Part shown: in pieces, positions 36,916 to 46,831 of the stretch
Numbering within the stretch: position 1 is the stretch's first letter
How the letters are laid out: every line of letters begins with the position of its first letter
Source of the DNA: a virus
Direction: 5' to 3' (one strand)
DNA length: 64,000 bases
IMG/VR virus record: IMGVR_UViG_3300035703_000016
Span: 1 to 64,000 of that record
Made by a program: the position numbers and the translations under genes
Notes under the pieces: generated by a model
Database searches by the model: none
What the model saw: only the letters and a program-made list of their open reading frames with translations
What the model was told of the DNA's origin: nothing

Positions 36916-37347
36916 TTAGTTTACTCCAGTACTACCAAATCCTCCATCTTTTCTTTGTGTCTCTATATCTTCAAGCTCATCTACAACTTCTATACTATCA
37001 TAATTCATAGGAATAAGAATAAATTGAATTATTTTTTGTCCTGGAGTTATTAATACTTGACTATTTCCAGAATTAAAAACATGAATGTGAATTTCTCCAG
37101 TATAGTCTTCATCAACAACTTCAGCTCCCTTTGTTAATTTATTTTTAGTTGCTACTCCAGATTTATTAAAAGCTATTAAAGCATAACCAGATGGGATTCT
37201 TACTTTTATTCCAGAAGGTATTAGAGCGTCTTCTCCTGGGGATAGTAGTATAGGTTCTAAGTCATTAGGTGTATAAAAGTCAATTCCCGCGCTTTTGGAT
37301 GTGCCTCTTGAAGGTGACTTAACGTCACGACATTTTTGAATTTTCAT
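36916..37347 (-). CDS. dut: Trimeric dUTPase
   Basis: SAGID, KSG, VDEDYTGE and RKDGGFGSTG motifs. Confidence 0.92.
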   Translation of the reverse strand: MKIQKCRDVKSPSRGTSKSAGIDFYTPNDLEPILLSPGEDALIPSGIKVRIPSGYALIAFNKSGVATKNKLTKGAEVVDEDYTGEIHIHVFNSGNSQVLITPGQKIIQFILIPMNYDSIEVVDELEDIETQRKDGGFGSTGVN

Positions 37348-37349
37348 TT

Positions 37350-37628
37350 TTATTTAGTTTTATCGTAGTCTTCTTTATAATGTTCTACCATAGCTGTTAA
37401 ATACGCTATAGCATCAAGTATATTATCATATTTTTTAGCATAAGATTCTCTACTCATTTTAAGAGCAACCATGCATAGATACATGTCTTTCGCAGTTATT
37501 TGTTTTCCTGTCATAGTAGAAGCCAAAGTTGCTGCTTTTTCCATGCTCTCTTTCATTGGACCGTATTTTCTAGAGGATTCTTCTGCTCTACGATATACAA
37601 TATCTTGTGCGTGCTCAAGTACATTCAT
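37350..37628 (-). CDS. DUF6378-like small helical protein
   Basis: R...YG......A...S...G........M..LK.SR....K.D...D..AY. Confidence 0.7.
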   Translation of the reverse strand: MNVLEHAQDIVYRRAEESSRKYGPMKESMEKAATLASTMTGKQITAKDMYLCMVALKMSRESYAKKYDNILDAIAYLTAMVEHYKEDYDKTK

Positions 37629-37655
37629 ATAATTAATTTATATATTATTTTCTAT

Positions 37656-38579
37656 TTAAGAAATTAATTCATGCAAGTACGGAAAATATTTAGGCTTTAG
37701 ATGTACTGACTGCTTAGATTCTAGAATATCCAGCATTTTAGTTCCGTCTGAATCAACCCAATCTTTTGGCCAACTAATATATTTCAATCCAGAATTTTCA
37801 ATCATTTCATTAGCTATGTCTCTTAATTCCATTCTCAATTGCCTACTTCCATAAAATGGTTTACCTTTATATAGTCCAGTTCCAGGTATTTTTCTAGATT
37901 CATGCTCTATAGGTATTAATTCTACTAAAGTTGGATTATTTAACTCTCTTGCAAAATTTATATACTTTGAAAACAGTTTTTCTGTTTCTTTATAGGGATC
38001 TTCCATTCTTCCTAAATGAAATCTTGTGTCTATATTTCCAAAATAAAGTACAACATTGCCAGGCCTCTGTTCATTAATAGCTTGAGCATTTGCATGTTTT
38101 AACCACCCAAATAAAGTCTTACCTGGATTATAACTAAGAGCGTATCCTGGTCTCCATACTGAAAGAGAATGAGAATCTCCTATAACTATATTTGGATTTG
38201 CTTTTGAAAAATAGTCAATAGCTCGACTTATTGGCCAATTATTGCTATCTACTTTTATTCTTTGATTAAATTTTCTAAAATCAAAAGTTTTATTTACAAA
38301 CTCAAATTGTCCATTGAATTTTGAGATAGCTTCCATTTTCTTAGCATGGATTGGACCAGGACCTCCAGGGATATTGAAACTTCCATCTACAAAATTAACT
38401 CCTTCGCAAATATAAAGTTTTTCATATTGATTCCAAGTTTCTGGACTTGGATTAACATCTATATCGTCTTGAGGATTAAAATCCTTAACCATCTTTGTTG
38501 ATATAAGGCCATAAGCACCTCCTTGAAAATTCAAGGAAGTACTCACATTTGCCATAATTGATACTAGAGCAGCTTTCAT
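37656..38579 (-). CDS. SGNH/GDSL-hydrolase-like protein in the nucleotide-modification cluster
   Basis: IGDSH (block I), FGNID (block III), SVHL (block V). Confidence 0.6.
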   Translation of the reverse strand: MKAALVSIMANVSTSLNFQGGAYGLISTKMVKDFNPQDDIDVNPSPETWNQYEKLYICEGVNFVDGSFNIPGGPGPIHAKKMEAISKFNGQFEFVNKTFDFRKFNQRIKVDSNNWPISRAIDYFSKANPNIVIGDSHSLSVWRPGYALSYNPGKTLFGWLKHANAQAINEQRPGNVVLYFGNIDTRFHLGRMEDPYKETEKLFSKYINFARELNNPTLVELIPIEHESRKIPGTGLYKGKPFYGSRQLRMELRDIANEMIENSGLKYISWPKDWVDSDGTKMLDILESKQSVHLKPKYFPYLHELIS

Positions 38580-38596
38580 TTATTTATTTTTATAAA

Positions 38597-40249
38597 TTAC
38601 ATTAATCCTGACATATTTGGAATATCAGAAGTATCGTTATCTTTTTCTGATTTTTTCTGTAAAACCACAGATTCAACAGTTATGATTGTTCCAGCTACTC
38701 CAGCAGCATTTCTAAGAGCAGATATAGCCACTTTAGTAGGATCTAAAAGCCCAAATTCGATCCCGTTTACTACTTTTTTATCTTTGGCATCATATGTTGT
38801 AAATGAATCATTTTGTGTAGAAATTTCATGTAATATCTCATACCAATTTTCTATTCCAGCATTTGATAATATTTTTTTAAATGGAGCCAAGCAAGCAGCA
38901 AGTACTATGTCAAATCCTATTTTTTCATTCTCTTTCCAATCTTTAGTAATGTCTTTTATTCTAGAAATTGCATTTATAAGAGCGATTCCGCCACCAGGAA
39001 GGATTCCTTCAGAGAGAGCTGCTTTTGTTGCTAGAAGCGCATCTTCTACTCTGTCTTTTTTCTCTTTCATTTCAATTTCAGAGTTTCCTCCAACATTGAT
39101 TATTGCAACTCCTCCAATAAGTTTTCCTAAACGTTCTTGTAGTTTTTCTTTTTCAAAAAATGACTGAGCATTATCAATTTGATCTTTTATATCTTTAGAC
39201 CTATCTATTATTGCTTGAGAATCACCTTTTCCATCTACTATAGTTGTTTGTTCTTTTCCTACAGTTACCATTCTAGCGCGACCAAGTAAAGAATCTATCG
39301 TAGCTGGATTTGTTTTTTCTAGCTTATGTCCTTTATTTTTTGACATTACTGTAGCGCCTGTAAGAATTGCTATGTCCTCTAGCATCAAAGTTCTGCGATC
39401 TCCAAAATCTGGAGCTTTAGTAGCACAAACCTTAACCACGCCTCTCATCTTATTTACTATGATAACAGCTAGGGCTTCATCTCCAAAGTCTTCTGCTATT
39501 ATTAATATTGACTTATTCTCAGAATTAGCCTTTTGCAAAAATGGAACTATCTCCTCATGGCTATTTATTCTACCATCATATATCATAATATATGCATCCT
39601 CTAACACAGCTTGCATTGTTGTATTATCTGTTACTAGATACGGACTTTTATATCCTCTGTCAAATTGCATACCTTCAACGACTTCTAAAGTAGTTTCTCC
39701 AGTCTTAGATTCTTCAATAGTTATTAAACCTTCTCTACCGACTTTATCAATAGCTGCTGATATAAGTTCTCCAACTTCAAAATCATTATTTCCAGATATT
39801 ACTGCAACTTGTTTAATTTGCTCTTCTGTGCTAACATCAATAGATAAATTCTTAAGCTCTTGTATAACTAGATTTACTGTTTTATCTATACCTGATTTAA
39901 CTTCAACTGCATTTGTTCCTTGACGTATAGATTTTATTCCCTCTTGAATCATTTTTGTGGCAAGTATAGTAGAAGTTGTTGTACCGTCACCAGCCTCATT
40001 TGCTGATTTTATAGCGACTTGTTTTACCATTTGAGCGCCAATGTCTTCAAAATCGTTTTCTAATCGAGTTATTGACTTTGAACAACTAACTCCATCTTTT
40101 GTGGCTTTTACTTCCCCATTTGGTTCTCTTATTAAAACCGTACGACCTCCAGGACCTAAAGTAGAAGACACTATATCGTTTAGTTTATTAATTCCTACTA
40201 ATAGCTTTTCTTTTAACTCAATTCCTGTTAAGTGTTGTGTTTGACTCAT
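38597..40249 (-). CDS. groEL: Chaperonin GroEL
   Basis: TLGP.GR.V, TKDGV, AGDGTTT, EGMQFDRGY and GILPGGG motifs. Confidence 0.97.
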   Translation of the reverse strand: MSQTQHLTGIELKEKLLVGINKLNDIVSSTLGPGGRTVLIREPNGEVKATKDGVSCSKSITRLENDFEDIGAQMVKQVAIKSANEAGDGTTTSTILATKMIQEGIKSIRQGTNAVEVKSGIDKTVNLVIQELKNLSIDVSTEEQIKQVAVISGNNDFEVGELISAAIDKVGREGLITIEESKTGETTLEVVEGMQFDRGYKSPYLVTDNTTMQAVLEDAYIMIYDGRINSHEEIVPFLQKANSENKSILIIAEDFGDEALAVIIVNKMRGVVKVCATKAPDFGDRRTLMLEDIAILTGATVMSKNKGHKLEKTNPATIDSLLGRARMVTVGKEQTTIVDGKGDSQAIIDRSKDIKDQIDNAQSFFEKEKLQERLGKLIGGVAIINVGGNSEIEMKEKKDRVEDALLATKAALSEGILPGGGIALINAISRIKDITKDWKENEKIGFDIVLAACLAPFKKILSNAGIENWYEILHEISTQNDSFTTYDAKDKKVVNGIEFGLLDPTKVAISALRNAAGVAGTIITVESVVLQKKSEKDNDTSDIPNMSGLM

Positions 40250-40264
40250 AATTATTTTATATTT

Positions 40265-40624
40265 TTATTCAGTTATTTTTATAAATTTTTTCAGACTATG
40301 CACTACTTGTCTAAATAGATAATCTTTACTTCTTTGTTCTACAGGCAATTCTGAATATGGAATATAGCAAGGATGTTCTTTTGTTTCTACATTTTTAACT
40401 GGTCCGTATTTCCAACCTTCTTCTGTCTTCTGCTTCATCCAACTTTCATGAGAAGCTTCTGGTGTTGCATTTGGGTTATCGATATGAAATTTTACTCCAT
40501 TTTCTGCAGATGATTTTTGCCAGTCTGGCGCTAAGCTCCATGGTAATTGAGACGTATCGCCTATACTTTGACAATATGCCATATTAATTTCGTGTGCTAC
40601 TTGAGCTATATCTTGAATTGTCAT
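40265..40624 (-). CDS. RyR-domain protein
   Basis: HESWM.QK..EGWKYGPVK..TKEHPC.IPY.ELP..Q..KD. Confidence 0.85.
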   Translation of the reverse strand: MTIQDIAQVAHEINMAYCQSIGDTSQLPWSLAPDWQKSSAENGVKFHIDNPNATPEASHESWMKQKTEEGWKYGPVKNVETKEHPCYIPYSELPVEQRSKDYLFRQVVHSLKKFIKITE

Positions 40625-40625
40625 G

Positions 40626-40913
40626 TTATGCTAATACTCCCAGTATTTCTGTTTCTTTTGTTAAAAAATAATCTTCTCCAGACATGCTAATTTTAGTAGT
40701 TCCCATTTTAGGAATCATTACTATATCTCCAACATTTAAATTAGACAGGATAACTCTGTCACTATGATAATTAAATGTTCCAGAGACTGCAATAACTTCT
40801 CCAGTTTCTGGTCTTTCTTTTCCCATGTCAGGCAATATAATGTTGCCTACCATTTCTTCGGATGATTCTACGGGCCTTATCAAAATGTACCCATTCATTG
40901 GTTTTATATTCAT
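40626..40913 (-). CDS. groES: Co-chaperonin GroES
   Basis: IKP....LI, GNIILPD..KE.P..GEVIAV, VGD.V and E.EILGVL motifs. Confidence 0.93.
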   Translation of the reverse strand: MNIKPMNGYILIRPVESSEEMVGNIILPDMGKERPETGEVIAVSGTFNYHSDRVILSNLNVGDIVMIPKMGTTKISMSGEDYFLTKETEILGVLA

Positions 40914-40915
40914 AT

Positions 40916-41206
40916 CTACAATTTATTTGCTAAGTTTAAAATATACTGTTCATCTTCTAAATCTAGTCTCCATCTATTTACATTGATTATCTCGCATGCT
41001 TCTGCAAATTTAGAATCATCCCCAGATAAAGAGGGTTTTATTCTATTAGTTTTATCTGTATATTCTGAATTAGAATTTAAAACTGATAAAACATCTTCTG
41101 GATCTAATACTTCTAATAGTCCTTCTAATAATTCTAATCTATCGGATTTTTTCCACAAGCTGCTTAAAACTTCATCAATTTCAAAATCTACTGAAATGTA
41201 TGCCAT
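40916..41206 (-). CDS. Hypothetical protein
   Basis: ORF track. Confidence 0.65.
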   Translation of the reverse strand: MAYISVDFEIDEVLSSLWKKSDRLELLEGLLEVLDPEDVLSVLNSNSEYTDKTNRIKPSLSGDDSKFAEACEIINVNRWRLDLEDEQYILNLANKL

Positions 41207-41218
41207 ATCTTTATTATA

Positions 41219-41473
41219 CTATTTATTTAATGAAAAATTAAACTTATCTTTATGGTTATTTACATAATTTCTATACTCAGCCAGTGTTCGTCTTTCTCTT
41301 ATTTTCCGTAGATTGTCTAATTCTAGACTTAGAGGCAAAGTAGAATGTATAAAATCTCTAATAGAGCCATATTTAAGAACTCTTTTAGTTTTATGGTCTA
41401 GTACTCGAAAAAAATCATCTTCCCAAAACCATGTATATCTTTTTCTTAGCTTCTTTAAATACTTTATTTTCAT
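41219..41473 (-). CDS. Hypothetical basic protein
   Basis: ORF track. Confidence 0.55.
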   Translation of the reverse strand: MKIKYLKKLRKRYTWFWEDDFFRVLDHKTKRVLKYGSIRDFIHSTLPLSLELDNLRKIRERRTLAEYRNYVNNHKDKFNFSLNK

Positions 41474-41489
41474 AATCTTTTATTTTTAT

Positions 41490-43799
41490 TTAGTGAGCGT
41501 CTTTAAAGTTTCTTCCTATTTCAGCTGGCGCTTTTAGTTTTATACTTATTTTTGTAGTATTCTCCATTAGCTGTTGAACTAACTCTGCGCATTCTTTAGC
41601 TCGGTCTTCTGGAACTTCGGTTATTATTTGGTCATGTATTTGTCCGCACACTTGTCCGTCAATTCCTCTTTTCTTTAATTCTCTATTTATAGCTATAGCT
41701 GCTCTATTTACTATTGATGCTGATAAACCTTGAATTTGTACGTTAAGTGCGTTATTTAAACCATTGGAGTAATCCCTATAGATCTTTGTTACTTTGTCTT
41801 TTCCATATTGTTTAGACAGCATATTTCTAATCTGCCAATCCATTATACCCTCTCCAATGATGTCATGTATTTTTTTAACTTTATCTAAATGTCTTACTCG
41901 ACCTACTTGAGTTTTTACATATCCCAAAGTTTGAGCTTGAGTTCTAGAGTCATGCATCCATTGTTTCAAGGCAGGAAATCCATTTAAATATCCGTCTACT
42001 AATGTCTGTGCTTTTTTCTGAGATACTCCTAATGTTTTTCCAAGAGCGTATGCGCCCATTCCGTAAGGTATTCCTAGAGAATATGCTTTAGCATCATTTC
42101 TAACTTTTGGCGCATGTTTCCTAAGAAAATTTTCTGACTTTTTATCTGGAGAATATTGATGAAGTCCTTCGGTTTTTATTGCAATAGTAGAATAAAAATC
42201 CCAATTGTTTCTAAATATATCTCTTAACCCCTCATCACCAGACACGTGAGCAAATACGTGAGGCTCTAATGACTCATAATCACAATCTATAAATACATTT
42301 CCAGTATCAGATATAAAAAATGCCCTAATCAAATTTGTATATTCAACTACTATAGGATCATCATCGCCTTCTTCTTTAGGTCTTGGTAATTGTTGAGCAT
42401 CTGACCCATATCTTCCTGAGACTGTGCCATGCTGTTTATAATAAAAAAAATACCTGCCGTTTTCTTGACCATCTAAAAACCTATCCATATAGGTAGATTT
42501 TATCTTTAGTAACTTTCCATATATTCTTAATTTAGAAGCCCAAGAATGTTGATCAGCTATGCTTTGAATTAAGTCTTCGTCAAATTGAGACTTACCTTTT
42601 TTAGTCTGAGAAAGAGGTTTTATTCCAAGAGCATTAAATGCAATATCTCCCATTTGATCTTTGGATTGTATATTGAAAAAAGCTCCATCATTTTCTTTTT
42701 TCCAAAGACTTATACTTATTTTATCTAAATCTTCTTGATCTAAAACATACTCAAATCCTTCTAATAAAAATGTTTTAACTGGAGATGGTGGTAATTTTGA
42801 TACAGTAGACTTTGTAATTGAATATTTTCCAGAAGTTTCTGAAATCGGTAAATCTAAATTAAAATATTTTGCTGTTTCTTGAGCGTATGATCCTTTATTT
42901 TTTGGTGGAAACATCTCTGTTGCCTTGTTCTTAATCCACCTTTGAACTTCTTTACGTTCTAGTAAATCATCAACGACTAGTCTTTCATATTTTTCCATAT
43001 CAAGAGTGATTTTTTCTCTTGATGATTTTATTAATTCAAGATCAATTTTAACTCCTCTATCTTCCATAGGAATTGTGACTTCTCTGTAAAGAGGCATAAC
43101 TTCATCTTCAAAAAAGAATTCAAGTAGTCCTTGTTCTTCTAATTTTTTAAGATAATACTCATATACTCGTAAAGCTAAATCCGTGTCAGCGCATGCATAT
43201 TTAGATAATATATCGATATTTGCTTTAAAAATTTCATAATTATCTTTAGAAGTAGATCCACCATTTGCTTTTATAGATTCTTTTAAGTCTATTTGCTCTT
43301 GATTTGCTTCAGTTTCAACATCAATTCCAATTTCTGATTGTATGCTTCTTGCAACTTCTTTTAATGCAAACACTCCTTGGCCATATTCAGAATTTACACC
43401 CTCTTCTTGAATAGTGTGAACCATAAGCAAAGTATCTGCATAAATAGAATCTATTAAATTTACACCATAGAAATTTTTAATAAATCTAGAGTCAAAAGAT
43501 AAATTATGTCCTATTAGTTTTTTTCCTACTAAAAGAAGTAAAATTTTCTTTGCTATATCATGACAAGAAATACCATCAATCTTAGCGTCCAGGAGCTCGC
43601 CATTAGCATATATCATTGTTGGCAAGTAGTAGCCAAGGCCTTTAACTCCAGTAACAGAGAATCCTATTATTTGACCTTTTCTAGTATTTAAGGAATCTGT
43701 TTCTATATCGACTGAAATATACTCATGTTCTTTTATATGAGCTACCATTTCTTTGACTTTAGTCGAAGTATCTACTTTCAAATAGACTCTTTCTGTCAT
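41490..43799 (-). CDS. polA: DNA polymerase family A (3'-5' exonuclease plus polymerase)
   Basis: DIETD, GHNLSFD, YACAD; TVSGR, DYESLE (motif A), K..SLG..YG (motif B), QIHDQ (motif C). Confidence 0.95.
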   Translation of the reverse strand: MTERVYLKVDTSTKVKEMVAHIKEHEYISVDIETDSLNTRKGQIIGFSVTGVKGLGYYLPTMIYANGELLDAKIDGISCHDIAKKILLLLVGKKLIGHNLSFDSRFIKNFYGVNLIDSIYADTLLMVHTIQEEGVNSEYGQGVFALKEVARSIQSEIGIDVETEANQEQIDLKESIKANGGSTSKDNYEIFKANIDILSKYACADTDLALRVYEYYLKKLEEQGLLEFFFEDEVMPLYREVTIPMEDRGVKIDLELIKSSREKITLDMEKYERLVVDDLLERKEVQRWIKNKATEMFPPKNKGSYAQETAKYFNLDLPISETSGKYSITKSTVSKLPPSPVKTFLLEGFEYVLDQEDLDKISISLWKKENDGAFFNIQSKDQMGDIAFNALGIKPLSQTKKGKSQFDEDLIQSIADQHSWASKLRIYGKLLKIKSTYMDRFLDGQENGRYFFYYKQHGTVSGRYGSDAQQLPRPKEEGDDDPIVVEYTNLIRAFFISDTGNVFIDCDYESLEPHVFAHVSGDEGLRDIFRNNWDFYSTIAIKTEGLHQYSPDKKSENFLRKHAPKVRNDAKAYSLGIPYGMGAYALGKTLGVSQKKAQTLVDGYLNGFPALKQWMHDSRTQAQTLGYVKTQVGRVRHLDKVKKIHDIIGEGIMDWQIRNMLSKQYGKDKVTKIYRDYSNGLNNALNVQIQGLSASIVNRAAIAINRELKKRGIDGQVCGQIHDQIITEVPEDRAKECAELVQQLMENTTKISIKLKAPAEIGRNFKDAH

Positions 43800-43968
43800 A
43801 AACTTTATTTTTTTTGTAAGGAAATAACTTATTTAGTTTGTATTGTCTTCTATCACAACCACAGTCTTGTAAACCTAATACTTTTTTAGCAAACCATGAA
43901 GACAAAATATCAAGTTTAAAAAAGTGTGTAAATTTAAAGACTGTATCCCCAAGACCTCTACTTTTCAT
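43759..43968 (-). CDS. Small conserved phage protein
   Basis: KSRGLGDTV.K.T...DCGCDRR..LN..FPY. Confidence 0.75.
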   Translation of the reverse strand: MKSRGLGDTVFKFTHFFKLDILSSWFAKKVLGLQDCGCDRRQYKLNKLFPYKKNKVYDRKSLFESRYFD

Positions 43969-44152
43969 TTATTTTATTTTCTAAATTTGTTATTGCTGTA
44001 GATGCTCCTAATATTAAATTTTGAACTTGGATCCATAAATTATTATGATCTTGTCTAAGTCTGTATATCATTCTAAATTGATATATCTGCAAACTCATTA
44101 GTATGAAAATAATAACTAGATAAAAATCTTGAAGCGTAAGTGTAATTGTCAT
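43958..44152 (-). CDS. Small TM protein
   Basis: Hydrophobic N-terminus. Confidence 0.6.
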   Translation of the reverse strand: MTITLTLQDFYLVIIFILMSLQIYQFRMIYRLRQDHNNLWIQVQNLILGASTAITNLENKINEK

Positions 44153-44201
44153 AATTAAATGTACTACTATATCTTGAAGATTTATAAATTTTCTTCAAAG
44201 T

Positions 44202-44224
44202 AAAAGAGGCCTTAGGCCTCTTTT
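44202..44224. terminator. Intrinsic terminator, potentially bidirectional
   Basis: AAAAGAGGCC-TTA-GGCCTCTTTT. Confidence 0.8.
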
Positions 44225-44225
44225 A

Positions 44226-45173
44226 TTATTTCTTTAAACTCTGCGATTGTGCTTTTGCTTCAGCCTCTGCTTTCCATTTTCTATCTCTTAACTTTAGATT
44301 TAGTGGTTGGACTTTTACTTGAGACATTGATCCTACGATTTTGCCTGTTGCTGGAAAGAATTTAGCATCAAAGTTAGGATCTATTTCATTTCCAAGTTTT
44401 AAGATCTTTTCTTGGTTTGCTGCGACGTCATTTCCAGATATTACAACTCTTGTAGTTTTCATACCCAAGGACATATGAGACAGCTTTGAACTTCCAGGTC
44501 CGTCTTCATTTTCGCTTATAGATTCTTGGAGATATTTTTTGATAAATTGATCGAAGATAATTTTTGCAATTTTTATATTACCTCTATACTTTTGTTGATA
44601 GAATAATGGCGCATTCCCAAAAGTTGAATCTCCTGCTACGCCGTATATCTTATGCATTATATTATCTCCTTGCTTATATGATTGAGCGTATAAATCCCAC
44701 GTATAACCCCCCGCTTTAATCTTATGTAACTCTTCTTTAGGTCTACCTTGATCATCAAAAAGATGTTTAACTTTTTCCCAAGATTGAGGTCCTAATTTAA
44801 GAATCATTGTAGGTCTACCACCTCCAGAATCTTTCTTATAAACATAATCTGAACTTCTAGGTCCGTCTTCATTTTCCTCTAAAAAATCATCATCTTTATC
44901 ATTGTATGAATTAAAAGCTGGTCTATTTTTAAAGATAGAAGTCTTACCCCACTGACGTATTTTATCTTCTATAGGTTTTAATACATCATTCTTATAATTT
45001 TCTCCAGATGTATAATATGCTTTCTTCCAATTATCGCTATCTGATAACCATGCTTCGATAATTTCTTTTATCTTTGGATACTTACCATATTTTTTTTGAA
45101 ATACTGAAATTAACTTATTCGCTATATTTTTATCAAGCGTAGATTCTTTTAGTAAAGGAATTAATTTTATCAT
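44226..45173 (-). CDS. Hypothetical protein with MIKLIPLLKE leader and internal ENEDGP.SS repeats (candidate virion-internal protein)
   Basis: Translation; ATATTTAT box upstream. Confidence 0.7.
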   Translation of the reverse strand: MIKLIPLLKESTLDKNIANKLISVFQKKYGKYPKIKEIIEAWLSDSDNWKKAYYTSGENYKNDVLKPIEDKIRQWGKTSIFKNRPAFNSYNDKDDDFLEENEDGPRSSDYVYKKDSGGGRPTMILKLGPQSWEKVKHLFDDQGRPKEELHKIKAGGYTWDLYAQSYKQGDNIMHKIYGVAGDSTFGNAPLFYQQKYRGNIKIAKIIFDQFIKKYLQESISENEDGPGSSKLSHMSLGMKTTRVVISGNDVAANQEKILKLGNEIDPNFDAKFFPATGKIVGSMSQVKVQPLNLKLRDRKWKAEAEAKAQSQSLKK

Positions 45174-45200
45174 TGAGTTTTTATTATAAATATGGCAAAA

Positions 45201-46823
45201 TTATGATTCGCAATTTACGCATTCTAAAATATTTCTAGAAAATGATTGAGCAGAAGACTGACTATATTGATAATATAATGTCTTAATTCCAGATTCATGA
45301 GCATATAAGTATAATTGATTTATATCTTTTGCTGGAACTGATGGATGTATCATTAGATTTAAAGATTGTGCTTGATCAATAAATACTTGACGTTGAGCAG
45401 CCTGTATCAATATTTCTTTAGGAGAAATTTCTATAAATGACTTAAAAACTTGTTTTGTGGGAAAATCTAAATGTTGCACTGAGCCATCTTTTTTCAATAT
45501 ACTTTCCCAAACTTCTGGAGTATTTAATCCATAATTATCTAGTTCTTTTTCTAAATAAGGATTTTTATAGATAGTTTTTGACTTTGCTAAATCTTTAATA
45601 AAATAGTTTGATTTAATTGGTTCTATTCCCATAGAAACTTGACCCAATATAAATGAACTTGATTTAGTTGGAGCTATTGCTACTAGAGTAGTATTCGCGT
45701 ATCCGTCTCTTAAACTTGTTACTCCTTTTTCAAAAAGCATTTTAGAAGCGGACTCTGTTCTTTCTTTTATTGTCTTAAATATCTCATGATTAATCTGCTT
45801 TGCTCTTAAAGATTCAAACTCTATTAAATTATATTGTAACAAAGAATGATATCCTAGGACTCCAACCCCAATAGCTCTATGTTGAGATGCAAATCTATGA
45901 GCTCTTTTCATACCAGGATACCAATAAGACTTAAATATAAATTCGTCTAATACTGCATTTAAAAACAAAGTATAAGTCTCTATAGCATCTGTATTTTTTA
46001 ATTCATCCCAGTGAAGAAGATTGATAGAGCCTATGCAACAAACAAATGAATTAAAAGAGTCTGTTGGCAACATTATCTCAGTACATAGATTAGAAGCTGT
46101 AATTTTTAAACCTAGTTCTTTATATGGAGTGTTGTTATTTGCATTATCATAGAATTTTATGTAAGGAAATCCAAATTCACTACGTCTTTGAATAACTTTT
46201 GCCCATATCTTCCTCTTGTCTGCATCTCCCTGTTTCATTTCATCTAACCACTTGTCTGTAACAGTTACTCCATATTGTAAATTTTGTATAGGATTTCCTT
46301 CAGTTCCTATATCTAAAAATTCCAAAATGTCTCCATGTTCTATTGGAAGATATACAGCGCATGCTCCTCTTCTAGCTTCAGATTGTTTTGATACATCTAC
46401 CGTAGTGTCATATAATCTAGCATAGTGTACAGGCCCATCAGCAGTTCCACCAGTTGATATTTTTGAACCTCTTGCTCTTATATTTCCCAAATAAGCAGAT
46501 GTGCCACCTCCATATTTAGACATCATGCCTATTTCTCTAGCAGCATTTAATATACTATCAAGAGTATCATCTATATTAGAACCATAGCAGCTTATAGGAA
46601 GTCCTTTCTCTTTTCCAAAATTAATCCAAACAGGAGTTGCTAAACTATAGTATCCTCTGGACATATAGTCTTCAAATTTCTTAGCAAATCCTTCTATTTT
46701 AAGATATTTTTCTGCCGTGTTTGATATGTCTTTAATTCTTTGTTCAGGAGTTTCTTCTATATAACCTCTAGATAAAAAAGTCCTACTATCTTCGTTTAAC
46801 CAATAATATTTTTCGTATGTCAT
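45201..46823 (-). CDS. nrdA: Class I ribonucleotide reductase alpha subunit (short, no ATP cone)
   Basis: ISCY, SNLCTEI, IAPTKSSS, KTLYY and C-terminal CVNC motifs. Confidence 0.95.
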   Translation of the reverse strand: MTYEKYYWLNEDSRTFLSRGYIEETPEQRIKDISNTAEKYLKIEGFAKKFEDYMSRGYYSLATPVWINFGKEKGLPISCYGSNIDDTLDSILNAAREIGMMSKYGGGTSAYLGNIRARGSKISTGGTADGPVHYARLYDTTVDVSKQSEARRGACAVYLPIEHGDILEFLDIGTEGNPIQNLQYGVTVTDKWLDEMKQGDADKRKIWAKVIQRRSEFGFPYIKFYDNANNNTPYKELGLKITASNLCTEIMLPTDSFNSFVCCIGSINLLHWDELKNTDAIETYTLFLNAVLDEFIFKSYWYPGMKRAHRFASQHRAIGVGVLGYHSLLQYNLIEFESLRAKQINHEIFKTIKERTESASKMLFEKGVTSLRDGYANTTLVAIAPTKSSSFILGQVSMGIEPIKSNYFIKDLAKSKTIYKNPYLEKELDNYGLNTPEVWESILKKDGSVQHLDFPTKQVFKSFIEISPKEILIQAAQRQVFIDQAQSLNLMIHPSVPAKDINQLYLYAHESGIKTLYYQYSQSSAQSFSRNILECVNCES

Positions 46824-46831
46824 ATATATTT

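Noticed and set aside
38682-40244. Plus-strand ORFs opposite groEL, and the other plus-strand ORFs in the track
   Set aside because: Antisense shadows of well-supported minus-strand genes or regulatory regions, with no recognisable motifs
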